A DNA stretch of 64,000 nucleotides from Candidatus Hydrogenedentota bacterium (GTDB taxonomy: Bacteria; Hydrogenedentota; Hydrogenedentia; Hydrogenedentales; SLHB01), in the NCBI GenBank assembly GCA_963674865.2, contig CAXXYE010000003.1, forward strand, positions 256,001-320,000, written 5' to 3'. Position numbers and translations under genes: made by a program. Positions 1-9,082 of this stretch are shown in pieces (position 1 is the first letter of the stretch; every line of letters begins with the position of its first letter). A model generated the notes under the pieces. The model was not told the origin of the DNA. It ran no database searches and was given only the letters and a program-made list of their open reading frames with translations.

Positions 1-520
1 CGCCTTCCGTCGAAGCATGGGCGCGGTGCACGCTGCCGAATGCATCGCTGACGTACACGTCGCCCAGCTTGGCAAGTTGCTGGCTCAACTCAGGATCATT
101 CTTCGTTTCGCCCTTGTTGAAGCGGGTGTTTTCGAGAAGGATGATGTCCCCGGGGACCATGGCCGCTACGGCTGCCTCGACCTCGGGGCCGACGACATCG
201 TCTACCTTTTTCACGTTGCCGCCGACCAATTCCCTCAGCCGGTCGGCAATGGGGTCCATCTTGAGCGTCGCGTTCTTCTTGACGATCTTGGCCTTCTCTT
301 CCTCGGACTCGGCCTTGCCCGGGTCCTTGGGCCGGCCCAAGTGAGACATCAGGATGAGCATGCCGCCGTTCTCGCGCACATAGTTGATGCTTTTCAGCGC
401 GGCCCGGATCCGCATGTCATCGCGCACCGTACCGTCTTCGTTCTGCGGCACGTTGAAATCGACACGCATCAGAACGCGCTTCCCCTTAACATCAAGATCT
501 TCAATGCTCAGCTTGTTCAT
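1..520 (-). CDS. pgk: Phosphoglycerate kinase (N-terminal part; runs off the window start)
   Basis: Own translation of the minus strand from ATG at 520: MNKLSIEDLDVKGKRVLMRVDFNVP...LMSHLGRP...LLENTRF...DAFGSVHRAHAS. Lies downstream of gap. Not in the ORF track because its stop is outside the window. Confidence 0.97.
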   Translation of the reverse strand, partial: MNKLSIEDLDVKGKRVLMRVDFNVPQNEDGTVRDDMRIRAALKSINYVRENGGMLILMSHLGRPKDPGKAESEEEKAKIVKKNATLKMDPIADRLRELVGGNVKKVDDVVGPEVEAAVAAMVPGDIILLENTRFNKGETKNDPELSQQLAKLGDVYVSDAFGSVHRAHASTEG

Positions 521-543
521 TGCTCCGGACCTCACTTTTCATG

Positions 544-575
544 AAAAGGGCTGGCGCGATATGCCGCGCCAGCCC
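544..575 (-). terminator. Intrinsic terminator-like hairpin between gap and pgk
   Basis: Perfect 11-bp stem GGGCTGGCGCG (548-558) / CGCGCCAGCCC (565-575), followed on the minus strand by TTTT. Confidence 0.7.
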
Positions 576-587
576 GTATCCTCGTCG

Positions 588-1583
588 TTACGCCATCTTC
601 TTGAAGAGGTCGACACAACGGCAGGAGTAACCCCACTCGTTGTCGTACCAGGAGATGACCTTCGCGAAGTTGCCGTCCATGACCGTCGTGCAAAGCGAGT
701 CGAAAATGCTCGACGCCGGGTTGCCCACCACGTCGCGCGACACAATCGGATCTTCGCAGTACTCGAGAATGCCCTTGAGTGGGCCTTCGGCCGCCGTTTT
801 CATGGCCGCGTTGAGCGCTTCCGCCGTCGTGTCCTTCTCAAGTTCGACGACGAGGTCGACTACAGAGCCATCGATCGTCGGGACACGCATGGCCATACCG
901 TCAAGCTTGCCGTTCAGGGCCGGCAATACCTTGCCCACGGCGCGGGCGGCGCCGGTCGTCGTCGGAATGATCGATGCGGCTGCGGCACGGGCGCGACGCA
1001 GGTCGGAATGGGGCATGTCCAGCACGCGTTGGTCATTGGTGTACGCGTGCGTCGTCGTCATGAGGCCGCGCTTGATGCCGAACGACTCGTGCAGCACCTT
1101 CGCGACCGGCGCCAGGCAGTTCGTCGTGCAACTGGCGTTCGACACGACGACGTCGGAATCCTTCAATGCGTCGTCATTGACGCCCATCACCACGATGGCG
1201 TCCACGGCATCCTTCGGAGGTACGCTCAAGAGGACCCGCTTGGCGCCCGCCTCGACGTGCATCATGCACTGGTCCTTCTTGCGGAATACACCCGTCGACT
1301 CAAGGACGAGATCCACGCCCACCTCTTTCCAAGGAAGCTCGGCGGGATTCTTGATGGCCGTGATCGGGATTTCTTTGCCATCAACGATAATGGCGTTGTC
1401 GGTGCTGGAGATGGACTTCGCATAAACGCCGCTCACGCTGTCATACTTGAGCAAGTGCGCCAGGGTCTTGGCGTCCGTAATGTCGTTGACGCCAGCCACT
1501 TCGAAGCCGGGCTCGTCCATGAGCAGCTTGAACACGTTGCGCCCGATTCGCCCAAAGCCGTTAATTCCAATTTTCGTAGCCAT
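588..1583 (-). CDS. gap: Type I glyceraldehyde-3-phosphate dehydrogenase
   Basis: MATKIGINGFGRIGR, catalytic SNASCTTNCLAP, C-terminal SWYDNEWGYS. Start at 1583 after an AAAGGAAG RBS; the track ORF is over-extended. Confidence 0.98.
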   Translation of the reverse strand: MATKIGINGFGRIGRNVFKLLMDEPGFEVAGVNDITDAKTLAHLLKYDSVSGVYAKSISSTDNAIIVDGKEIPITAIKNPAELPWKEVGVDLVLESTGVFRKKDQCMMHVEAGAKRVLLSVPPKDAVDAIVVMGVNDDALKDSDVVVSNASCTTNCLAPVAKVLHESFGIKRGLMTTTHAYTNDQRVLDMPHSDLRRARAAAASIIPTTTGAARAVGKVLPALNGKLDGMAMRVPTIDGSVVDLVVELEKDTTAEALNAAMKTAAEGPLKGILEYCEDPIVSRDVVGNPASSIFDSLCTTVMDGNFAKVISWYDNEWGYSCRCVDLFKKMA

Positions 1584-1784
1584 TGTTTTGCTTCCTTTCG
1601 TCCTGAAGACAACGGGTTCAAAAGGGTTCCTGCGTTCTCCCGGCAGAACCTGCCCCGCCCAAGCACAGGGCAGACTACACGTGCAGATTGGGGTGAACAT
1701 CGCAGAAGACGCAATTGCGCCTCGCCCGGACAAGCCCCGGCATGCGCCCAAGGCTATCCCTTGCCGCCTCTGCAATTGCCGCGT

Positions 1785-1814
1785 ACTATGCCATACTCCG
1801 GGCGGCCAAGTCAA
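1785..1814 (-). promoter_or_regulatory. Putative sigma70 promoter for gap-pgk
   Basis: TTGACT-N18-CATAGT with TG just upstream of the -10. Confidence 0.5.
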
Positions 1815-2120
1815 AAACCCCTCAAGCCGCTGAGTCTGCAAGCGCCGTGCGCCGGAGACCTGGGAGCCCGCTCCTTCCCGAGGCGGAACGCCGCCCGATG
1901 GGAGAGCTCGGTTTTCTCGCCAAGTCACTGTTCTCAAATGGCTTTGGCGCGCCCTTGGCGACTCGGCCGCCGGATCGCGGCGAAGCCGGAAAGGCCTGCA
2001 CAGGAACCGCCGGGCCTTGTGCCTGCCCGGCACAATGGCCCGCGGCCCCTGGTGTCGTCCCATGAGTATGCCCCCGTACCCCCGGCAGCGCCGCACGCGT
2101 TAGCGCGTGAGCTGCCCCTC

Positions 2121-2543
2121 CTAGCCCGCCTCGGCCAGCTTCTCCTCAAGTACGGCTAGAGCCGTGTCGATACCGTCGAAGCCGTTTTCCTGGACGAGTT
2201 TACGAAGCTTGGGTATGGCTCCGCCGACCTTCCTGCCACCCCGTAGGGTGCCGAACAAGTGCCGACTGACAGTAGACTGCGCCAAATCAAGGATTTGGGC
2301 GATATCTTCCTGAGTCTTGCCATACCTATAATAGAGCATGACGACTTGACGCTGCCGCGAGGTGAGCGTCGAGTCGATGAGTTCGTCGACGAAAGGCGTA
2401 ACCGCCCTGAAGAAGTCTTGAAAAGCATACCGCCGTTGCCGATCCTCCGTGGATTCAAACCACAGGGACCGCTCCGCGGAGATGCTCTCAAGGACCTGCG
2501 AGTCGACTGAAAACTCCCTGAAGTTGAGATTCATCTGGGCCAT
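2121..2543 (-). CDS. Stand-alone sigma-70 region-4-like HTH protein (~140 aa)
   Basis: LTSRQRQVVMLYYRYGKTQEDIAQILDLAQSTVSRHL is a typical sigma region-4 HTH. No region 2 is recognisable. Start is 2543 or 2552, near a GAAGGAA RBS. Confidence 0.8.
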   Translation of the reverse strand: MAQMNLNFREFSVDSQVLESISAERSLWFESTEDRQRRYAFQDFFRAVTPFVDELIDSTLTSRQRQVVMLYYRYGKTQEDIAQILDLAQSTVSRHLFGTLRGGRKVGGAIPKLRKLVQENGFDGIDTALAVLEEKLAEAG

Positions 2544-2664
2544 TTTGAGCATTTCCTTCGTTTTCGTAGAATCGGACAGAGAAGAATGTGGTTGGGGCGG
2601 CGGAAGCCGTCCCGTTCGGGTTCGCGGTATGCTGTGCCGGAATTCGTACGCGTGTGAATCGCAT
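2488..2664 (-). CDS. Candidate small ORF (58 aa) overlapping the start of the sigma region-4-like gene
   Basis: Strong AAGGAGG 8 nt before ATG; MRFTRVRIPAQHTANPNG...SRLAGP*. No homology recognised. Confidence 0.3.
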   Translation of the reverse strand: MRFTRVRIPAQHTANPNGTASAAPTTFFSVRFYENEGNAQNGPDESQLQGVFSRLAGP

Positions 2665-2743
2665 CGCTCGTTCCTCCTTCGGTGGTGGTTCTTCGCCAAC
2701 GTTCTCATGCGCCGTCAGGTACATCCCTTTCGGCGCGGTAGCC

Positions 2744-2788
2744 CAAAATGAAATCGCCGCAGGTCGGCTGATCCGGCCTGCGGCGATT
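2744..2788 (-). terminator. Terminator/attenuator-like hairpin
   Basis: 16-bp stem with one mismatch, AATCGCCGCAGGTCGG (2752-2767) / CCGGCCTGCGGCGATT (2773-2788), followed on the minus strand by TCATTTT. Confidence 0.65.
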
Positions 2789-2990
2789 GGCGTCGAATAG
2801 TTTTGCTGAGGAGTTACGCCATAACGCCTACCTCGCGGCCGGACCCGAGGGCGGTAATTCGGTGCATTCTTACCGTCGAGGGTGCCTGGGCACACGTCAC
2901 CACACGCCACACCGGCGACGGTATAAAGCTCTGATACTTCATGTGGTGCGCTCCCTAGGTTAATGGCCGCGGCTTCAAGTGCTGTGTTGT
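2744..2990 (-). ncRNA. Candidate structured RNA or leader (~245 nt), family unassigned; also contains a 42-aa sORF at 2814-2942
   Basis: Lies between a well-formed sigma70 promoter and a terminator hairpin. Nested stems CGCGGCC/GGCCGCG and TACCGTCG/CGACGGTA, and a G-U-rich apical stem that pairs only on the minus strand. Confidence 0.4.
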
Positions 2991-2996
2991 GAGAGT

Positions 2997-3025
2997 ATGA
3001 TATCAGGATGACCCGCGAAGCGCAA
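2997..3025 (-). promoter_or_regulatory. Putative sigma70 promoter with extended -10
   Basis: TTGCGC-N17-TATCAT with TGn before the -10. Confidence 0.55.
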
Positions 3026-3200
3026 GCCCCGGCGGGCTCTGAAAAACCACATCTCTCGTTTACAAAAGGGACTATGCATACTTTTTTAGGTCCGAAAACG
3101 AAGTAGACCGCACAATTTTGCACAGATTGTCAGTCTAGCGCCCGTTTTGGTCAAAAGCGTACACTTGTCGGGGCATAGCCTTTCTTTCTAAGTGCTTTTA

Positions 3201-3244
3201 TATGAAGATGTTATATCGTCGCTCCGATCTGGCACGCCCCTTGC
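3201..3244 (+). promoter_or_regulatory. Sigma54 (-24/-12) promoter with an IHF-like site
   Basis: TGGCACGCCCCTTGC at 3230-3244 matches TGGCAC-N5-TTGC. TATGAAGATGTTA at 3201-3213 is one mismatch from WATCAANNNNTTR and sits in an AT-rich tract. Confidence 0.7.
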
Positions 3245-3286
3245 CTATAGCAAAGGCACGTTTACGATAGGGAGGAGGCGGTAGAC

Positions 3287-4459
3287 ATGACGAACGGTAC
3301 GGCGACGCTTCCCGAGCGCGGCGGCGTCGGACACGACGCCGGGAGAGCGCCCAGAAGTCCTCTGGGTAGGGCCCGCGTCTTAGTGGTGGACGACGAAAAC
3401 GGCCCAAGACAAGCACTCAGGATGCTCCTTAAGGAGACCTACGATGTGCTTCTGGCCGAGGACGTGCCCAGCGCGCTGGAAGTCCTGGAACTCGAACCCA
3501 TCGATCTGGTCATTACCGACATCCGCATGCCCATGCAGTCAGGCGTGGACCTTCTACGCCACGTAAAAGAGACGCATCCGGATACGGAAGTGATCATTCT
3601 GACGGGCTACGGGCACCTGGAGACGGCAACGCAGGCCGTCGAGTATGACGCCTTCGCCTATATGGAGAAACCCTTCGACAATGACTCGATGCTGAGGCGC
3701 GTCGAGGGCGCTCTGTCCAAGCGGAGCCGGGAGATGGAGCGTCAGGCGCTCGAACAGCTTGCCCTCGAGGCAAACCGGTTCGAGACCTTGGGCCACGTCG
3801 TTTCCGGCATGATCCACGACTTGGGGACGCCGCTTTCGGTGATCGGCAGTCAGATCGAGATGATTGTAAGGTCTCCGGAGACGGCGGATGGCCGCCTCGA
3901 AACGATGCGGACCCAGGTGCATCATTGCACGGAGATCGTCCGCTCGACCATGAATTTCCTTCGCACACAACCTAAGCATATGGGAGAAGTGGACTTGAAC
4001 CAGGCTGTGCAGGCAAGCCTGGACATGGTAGCGCCCTTGCTTCGGCAGCAAAGAGTGGACGTCAGGTTGGACCTGTCGGAAGACCTGGCCCGCTGCCGCG
4101 GCGACTTCGTGCTCATAAGGCAGGCGCTGCTCAACCTCGTGACAAACGCCTGCCACGCCATGGAGGAGCAGGACCAACCGGCCGTCATACAGGTTCGCAC
4201 GCGCCAGGACGGCGCCAAAGGCTACGTGTCGGTGACGGACACGGGATGCGGGATTCCCCGCGAGGTGCGGGACCAGGTCTTCGACACCTTCTATACAACC
4301 AAGGATTCAAAAGGAACGGGTTTGGGCCTGGCGGTCGTGAAATATGTCATGCGCCGCCACGGCGGCGACGTCGTCGTTGACGACAATCCCGAGGGGCGCG
4401 GCACGCGTTTCGAGCTTGTCTTCCCCTTGATCGCCGGCACACCCGAAGAAGAAACGTAG
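3287..4459 (+). CDS. Hybrid response regulator-histidine kinase (REC-HisKA-HATPase)
   Basis: VLVVDDE...DLVITDIRMP receiver; HDLGTPL H-box; NLVTNA, DTGCG and GTGLGL boxes; GGAGG RBS. Confidence 0.93.
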   Translation: MTNGTATLPERGGVGHDAGRAPRSPLGRARVLVVDDENGPRQALRMLLKETYDVLLAEDVPSALEVLELEPIDLVITDIRMPMQSGVDLLRHVKETHPDTEVIILTGYGHLETATQAVEYDAFAYMEKPFDNDSMLRRVEGALSKRSREMERQALEQLALEANRFETLGHVVSGMIHDLGTPLSVIGSQIEMIVRSPETADGRLETMRTQVHHCTEIVRSTMNFLRTQPKHMGEVDLNQAVQASLDMVAPLLRQQRVDVRLDLSEDLARCRGDFVLIRQALLNLVTNACHAMEEQDQPAVIQVRTRQDGAKGYVSVTDTGCGIPREVRDQVFDTFYTTKDSKGTGLGLAVVKYVMRRHGGDVVVDDNPEGRGTRFELVFPLIAGTPEEET

Positions 4460-4615
4460 GGAAGGACGTGCGCAAGAGGGCATCGATGGCCGGTCCACGC
4501 GTGAAACGGCGTTGACCGGCCATCAGCCTTTCCAGTTCTTGCATTGAGCGCCCGGAAGGGAGCACCCCGCAGGCCATTGCCTTTGAGCTATTCGGGCTGA
4601 ACGAAGTTCGTGCGC

Positions 4616-5614
4616 TCACGATCCGTCAGCAGTATCACCCGCTAGGCTCTGAAGTTCCCGCCAGAGAACAGCGTCTGCCTCGATGCCTTCTGCAAGGCCC
4701 GCCTGCCGCCGATTTTCGGATCGTTCCCCTGGGCACTGGGCGTCTGCAGCGTGCACGGCCTCGACAAGCGCCGCCATCGACTCATGCACGCGGGCCGCTG
4801 GGGCAAAGGCATCGCTCCGAAAACCCACCAGCAGAAAGCCGTAGTCGACATAATCGGCCGGTACGGGCGCGCCGCCGCACAGGACCCCGGCCAAGACCTG
4901 TACAAGAAAGGCCAAGGCGCTGCCTTTCGGGCCGCCAACGGCGAGGATAGCCCCCTCCTGGGCCGCCTCGGGAGCAGTGGTGGGAAGTCCGGCCGCGTCA
5001 ATGGCCACGCCCTCGGGCAGGGGCAGGCCCGATTGCTGGGCGTTCATGACGGCTCCGTAGGTGATCGCCCCCGGGGAAAGGTCGGCGACGAGAGGATGAT
5101 CCGGGCCGGGACACGCAAGGGCAATGGGATTGGTGCCGAACACGGCGCGAGTCGCGCCATGAGGCGCCAATAGCGGACAGCAGTTGGCCAAAGCCAGGGC
5201 GAAGTGGCCTTTCATCGTGACGAGCCGGGCGTAGTAGCCGAGGGCGCCGCAGTGCCGGGTATTCCGGCAGCCCACGGCGACGAGCGGGAGCCGGCCCAGA
5301 CGCTCGATGACCTCCTGGGCAGCCCGGTATGCGGCGAGGTAGCCGAGGGCGTCGCCGCCGTCCAGCGCGACAAGGTGGCCGGCATCGCGGCTCACATGGA
5401 TGTTTGCCGAACCGCGCCCCGCGGCCTGCTTGACGAGACTTGGGATTCGGATGAGCCCGTGGCCCTTGCGTCCCGTCAGCTCCGCGTCGATCAGCGCGTC
5501 GCGCAGGATCGCCGCATCCTCGGGGGGCAGGCCCGCCCGCTCGAACACGGCCGCAACCGTGGCTCGGGCCTTATCCACCGCGATGAGCATAGGTTCAGCC
5601 ACGTTCACCTCCAA
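4616..5614 (-). CDS. Ldh_2 family (malate/L-lactate/L-sulfolactate-type) oxidoreductase
   Basis: AELTGRKGHGLIRIP, HCGALGYY, FGTNPIA and GGPKGSAL motifs. Confidence 0.88.
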   Translation of the reverse strand: MEVNVAEPMLIAVDKARATVAAVFERAGLPPEDAAILRDALIDAELTGRKGHGLIRIPSLVKQAAGRGSANIHVSRDAGHLVALDGGDALGYLAAYRAAQEVIERLGRLPLVAVGCRNTRHCGALGYYARLVTMKGHFALALANCCPLLAPHGATRAVFGTNPIALACPGPDHPLVADLSPGAITYGAVMNAQQSGLPLPEGVAIDAAGLPTTAPEAAQEGAILAVGGPKGSALAFLVQVLAGVLCGGAPVPADYVDYGFLLVGFRSDAFAPAARVHESMAALVEAVHAADAQCPGERSENRRQAGLAEGIEADAVLWRELQSLAGDTADGS

Positions 5615-5755
5615 AGAGGGCAGGGGATAGCGCTACGGTCTTCTCTGGAATCATCCAACACCATACTGGCCGGAAGTATACGAGCCGCCCCGGGGCGGGT
5701 CCAGTGTCGCATCCTGTCTGGTATACTTTCTTAAGAGAAAGCCGACGCGGAGCCT

Positions 5756-6139
5756 ATGCTTGCGATGATTACGTATCGGTGCGATGGATGCGGTCGCGAG
5801 ATGGCCAAGGACGCGCTACGCTACACGGTCAAGATCGATGTCCGTGCGGCGTACGATGAACTCGAGATCCACCTGGCCGACCTGATCCGGAACCACAGGG
5901 CGGAGATCCTCGCACTGATCGAGCGGCTTAAGGACAAGGACCCTCGCGAGGTCGAAGAAAGCGTCTACGCCTGCCTCAAGCTTGATTTGTGCCCTTCATG
6001 CCAGCGGACCTTCATCCGCGACCCGCTTCATTTCCACCCCGAGCAAGGCGCGCCCGCGCCGGAAATGGACATTGATGACTTCCTCCGCTCCCTTGACCTG
6101 GGCAACGAGCGCGGGGAGCGCGGAGAGCGGGAACGCTAG
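5756..6139 (+). CDS. Hypothetical protein with two CxxC pairs (putative zinc ribbon)
   Basis: CDGC near the N-terminus and LDLCPSC later; fills the gap between flanking genes. Confidence 0.7.
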   Translation: MLAMITYRCDGCGREMAKDALRYTVKIDVRAAYDELEIHLADLIRNHRAEILALIERLKDKDPREVEESVYACLKLDLCPSCQRTFIRDPLHFHPEQGAPAPEMDIDDFLRSLDLGNERGERGERER

Positions 6140-6150
6140 AGGCGCACACC

Positions 6151-7431
6151 TCAGTCGCGTGCGTCATGGGCCTGCAGGAGTTCCGCCGCGCAGGCGACGA
6201 GCATGTCGCCGGCTTCGTGGGCAAAGCAACTGGACCAGCAGAACGTCGTCTCGTACCCGCCTCGGGCGAAGGCCTCCTTGTGGGGGATGTAGCCCAGGTG
6301 CCCATTGGCGTAGCCGACGACGAGGCCATGACGCGGATGGGCCGCCTCCTTGATCCGCAAGCCAAGCTGCACGAAGAGTTCCGCGGGTTGGCTGACAAAG
6401 GCGTACTCATCCATGAACAGCACCTGCACTTCCGTGGGGTGGGCGCTCTCTTTCTTGATATGCTCTACAAGGGAGGGAATATGGCGGTCGTAGATGTCCG
6501 GATTGACGAATCGCTGGGCGCCCCGTGTCGTGCCCTGAATTTCGTCCTGCGTGACCTCGCGATAAGGCAACATGATGGTTCTGGATGCCGCTCCGAGGCG
6601 CAGCGAGTCGCGGAAGGTCATGCCATCTATAACCCCAAGGGCGTCTTCGGCGATTTTGCCCCCCGCATCCTCCATTGACGCGTCCCTTCCGCGACAGGCG
6701 GGGTTAGCGGTGTGCAGGTTCCCGCAAGAGCCCGTCAAGTAGAGTGAGACGGGGCAGCTGCGCTCCTTCAGTGTGCGGGCGACCACGCCCGGGAAGCCGG
6801 CGGAGAAGACGGGCTCGGGGCCGTGATGCGTGGGATGGCACGCGAAGTTCACGATGGCGCCCAGAAGCTCGCCCTTCTTGTTGCGCGCCGCCACAACTGC
6901 CACTTCGGGATCGACTGGGCCCTCGATGTACAGGGCTTCGGGATCATTGAAGTTGCCGTGAGTGCGAACCGTGCCGTCCCGCATTACCACCCGGCGGTTG
7001 TGGGAAACGTTAAACTCGAAACAGCTTCCAAATCCTATCTCCGCATCCTCAAGGTTGTCCCTGGCCTCTGCGAAGGCTTGCACGATCTCATCGATAAGCT
7101 TCTCAACATAGGGCTCATCCCGGCGGGCGTCGCCGCACGTCGCCACGGCAGGGCCGGCGTGGTTGTGCGTGGCGGCCACCATGACGTGATCGCCGGGGAA
7201 TCCGAACCGGCTGGTGAGTTCCTCCCGAATAGTCCGCACATCCTCCGCCTTAATCAGGAGGGTGTCGAGCTGGATAAAGGCAACGGCTTCGTCGCCGCCT
7301 TCGAAGATCGCAACGTGGGCATACAGCGGATCGAGGACCTCGTGGCCGATAATCTCCTTGATCCATCCGACCTTCACGGTTCCCGGGGGTGGAGTGATGT
7401 CAATTTCCGCAAAGCCGGCGCGGGTGCTCAT
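6151..7431 (-). CDS. Neutral/alkaline ceramidase-like N-terminal domain hydrolase
   Basis: AGFAEIDITPP, ATHNHAGP, NFACHPT, GYANGHLGYIP and GGYE motifs. Confidence 0.82.
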   Translation of the reverse strand: MSTRAGFAEIDITPPPGTVKVGWIKEIIGHEVLDPLYAHVAIFEGGDEAVAFIQLDTLLIKAEDVRTIREELTSRFGFPGDHVMVAATHNHAGPAVATCGDARRDEPYVEKLIDEIVQAFAEARDNLEDAEIGFGSCFEFNVSHNRRVVMRDGTVRTHGNFNDPEALYIEGPVDPEVAVVAARNKKGELLGAIVNFACHPTHHGPEPVFSAGFPGVVARTLKERSCPVSLYLTGSCGNLHTANPACRGRDASMEDAGGKIAEDALGVIDGMTFRDSLRLGAASRTIMLPYREVTQDEIQGTTRGAQRFVNPDIYDRHIPSLVEHIKKESAHPTEVQVLFMDEYAFVSQPAELFVQLGLRIKEAAHPRHGLVVGYANGHLGYIPHKEAFARGGYETTFCWSSCFAHEAGDMLVACAAELLQAHDARD

Positions 7432-7495
7432 GTTCTTCCTCCTAGAGCGTGGCCAAGTGCGGCCATCCTGTCATCCAAATGCCATTGTGGTGTCA

Positions 7496-9082
7496 TCAAC
7501 TGGGATAGACGGGCTTCCAGGGATCGGACGGCCAGTCGATCCGATACTGGGAGCGCGGCATAACGGGCGGCAATTCCGCGGGCAAGAACCGGCGCTGGCC
7601 TCGCCAAATCGCCAGAAGCTCATCCTTCATGTCGTTCAATTCTCTGGAGCAATCGGGAATGCCCGCAAGGTCTTCGAGTTCCCACGGGTCGGCCTCAACG
7701 TCGAACAGGTGGTATTCGAGGTCCGGCCATTGGCCGTACGGCGCTGTGCCGAACAACTTGAAAGCGCCGCGCCGGAGCATAAGGTGTGAGGCGGGGGCAG
7801 CGAAGTATTCGCTGTAGATCGCCCGCTCCGTCCAACGTCCCTTGTCTTCAAGCAGCGGGCGCAGGTCGCGGCCTGGAAGATTACTCGGCACGGCGGCCCC
7901 CGCGGCGCGCAGGATGGTGGGGGCCAGATCCGCGTGCATGACCAATGACGCTTCCTGCCGTGCACGGCCTACGCCGGGCCAGCGCACCAAGAACGGCACG
8001 CGCGCGGCGCCTTCATACATCACCCCTTTGTAGAACCGGCCGTGCTCGCCGATCATATCGCCGTGGTCCGACACGAAGATGACGATTGTATTGTCGGCCT
8101 CGCCGAGCGCCTCCAGCCCATCGAGAAGCCGGCCCACCTCGGCGTCGAGTTGCGTGCAAAACGCAAAGTAGTGCGCGCGCATGTATTGGCCGTCGCGCTC
8201 AGTCAACGGCTCCCGTCCGTTCTTGCCCGGCCGCCACCACGCATTGAGCTTCGTCTGGTCGAAATTCGGCGGCAGGCCCATGTCGGCGGGATCGTAGAGC
8301 CGCGCATACTTCGGAATGGGGCCGTAGGGATGGTGGGGCGGAAAGTAAGAGGCATGAAGGAAGAACGGCGTGTCCGGCCTGCGTGCCTTCTGATCGCGTA
8401 TGAAGCGGAGTGACTCCTCCGTGATCCACCGTTCCGCCGTCAAGTCTTCCGGTATCCAATCGGCGTTGAACGCGATGGTCTCCACGGCGTCCACCCAACT
8501 TTTCTTACCGGGGCGGGGGTGACTCCAGGACTTCGGCGCAATACCGCGCTCTGCGAGGTGTCGGCAAAGGAAAGGATAGTAGTGGCTTATGCCGCCGGCC
8601 GTATCGTAGAACTCGTGGTGCATCACGTACTGAAAGTCCCGGCGGTGATGATAGGGCGCGTTGTGCATCTTGCCGATGCTCGCCGTGGTGTAGCCGGCCT
8701 CATTGAGCAAGGCAATTACCGTGGGCACGTCGTCCCGCATGGGAAAATCATTGTGGAGGACTCCATGCTCGGACGGGTAGAGTCCCGTGTACAGCGTGTG
8801 GCGCGTCGGGGCGCACACGGGACTGTTGCAGTAGCCGTTCGTGAACCGCACGCTCGAAGCGGCCAGCCGATCCAGATTCGGTGTGAGCGCGGGCGTTTCG
8901 CCGGTGCACCCCAAGGCACGGGGGCTGTGCTGATCATCGATGATCAACAGGATGTTGGGACGCCTTGTGCGCGCGCCTTGCCGGAGTCCCGCACAACCTA
9001 GCGCGGCTGCCGCGCCGCCCGCGGCCACCGAGCGGGCGAAGCCGCGTCTGGAGATCTTCCGCTCCGGGAACCTAGCGCTCAT
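7496..9082 (-). CDS. Tat-exported sulfatase (choline-sulfatase-like)
   Basis: SRRGF twin-arginine signal; PNILLIIDDQH; CAPTR (CxPxR) formylglycine motif; GKMH; SDHGD. Confidence 0.93.
   Translation of the reverse strand: MSARFPERKISRRGFARSVAAGGAAAALGCAGLRQGARTRRPNILLIIDDQHSPRALGCTGETPALTPNLDRLAASSVRFTNGYCNSPVCAPTRHTLYTGLYPSEHGVLHNDFPMRDDVPTVIALLNEAGYTTASIGKMHNAPYHHRRDFQYVMHHEFYDTAGGISHYYPFLCRHLAERGIAPKSWSHPRPGKKSWVDAVETIAFNADWIPEDLTAERWITEESLRFIRDQKARRPDTPFFLHASYFPPHHPYGPIPKYARLYDPADMGLPPNFDQTKLNAWWRPGKNGREPLTERDGQYMRAHYFAFCTQLDAEVGRLLDGLEALGEADNTIVIFVSDHGDMIGEHGRFYKGVMYEGAARVPFLVRWPGVGRARQEASLVMHADLAPTILRAAGAAVPSNLPGRDLRPLLEDKGRWTERAIYSEYFAAPASHLMLRRGAFKLFGTAPYGQWPDLEYHLFDVEADPWELEDLAGIPDCSRELNDMKDELLAIWRGQRRFLPAELPPVMPRSQYRIDWPSDPWKPVYPS

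Noticed and set aside
17..2159. Long plus-strand ORFs 17-544 and 384-2159
   Set aside because: Antisense shadows of pgk and gap, typical of high-GC codon bias; no recognisable motifs.
2665..2745. Glycine or c-di-GMP riboswitch (GCCGAAAGG, CACCGAAGGAG)
   Set aside because: The other conserved elements (GGAGA and CTCAGG; GCAAA motifs) are missing.
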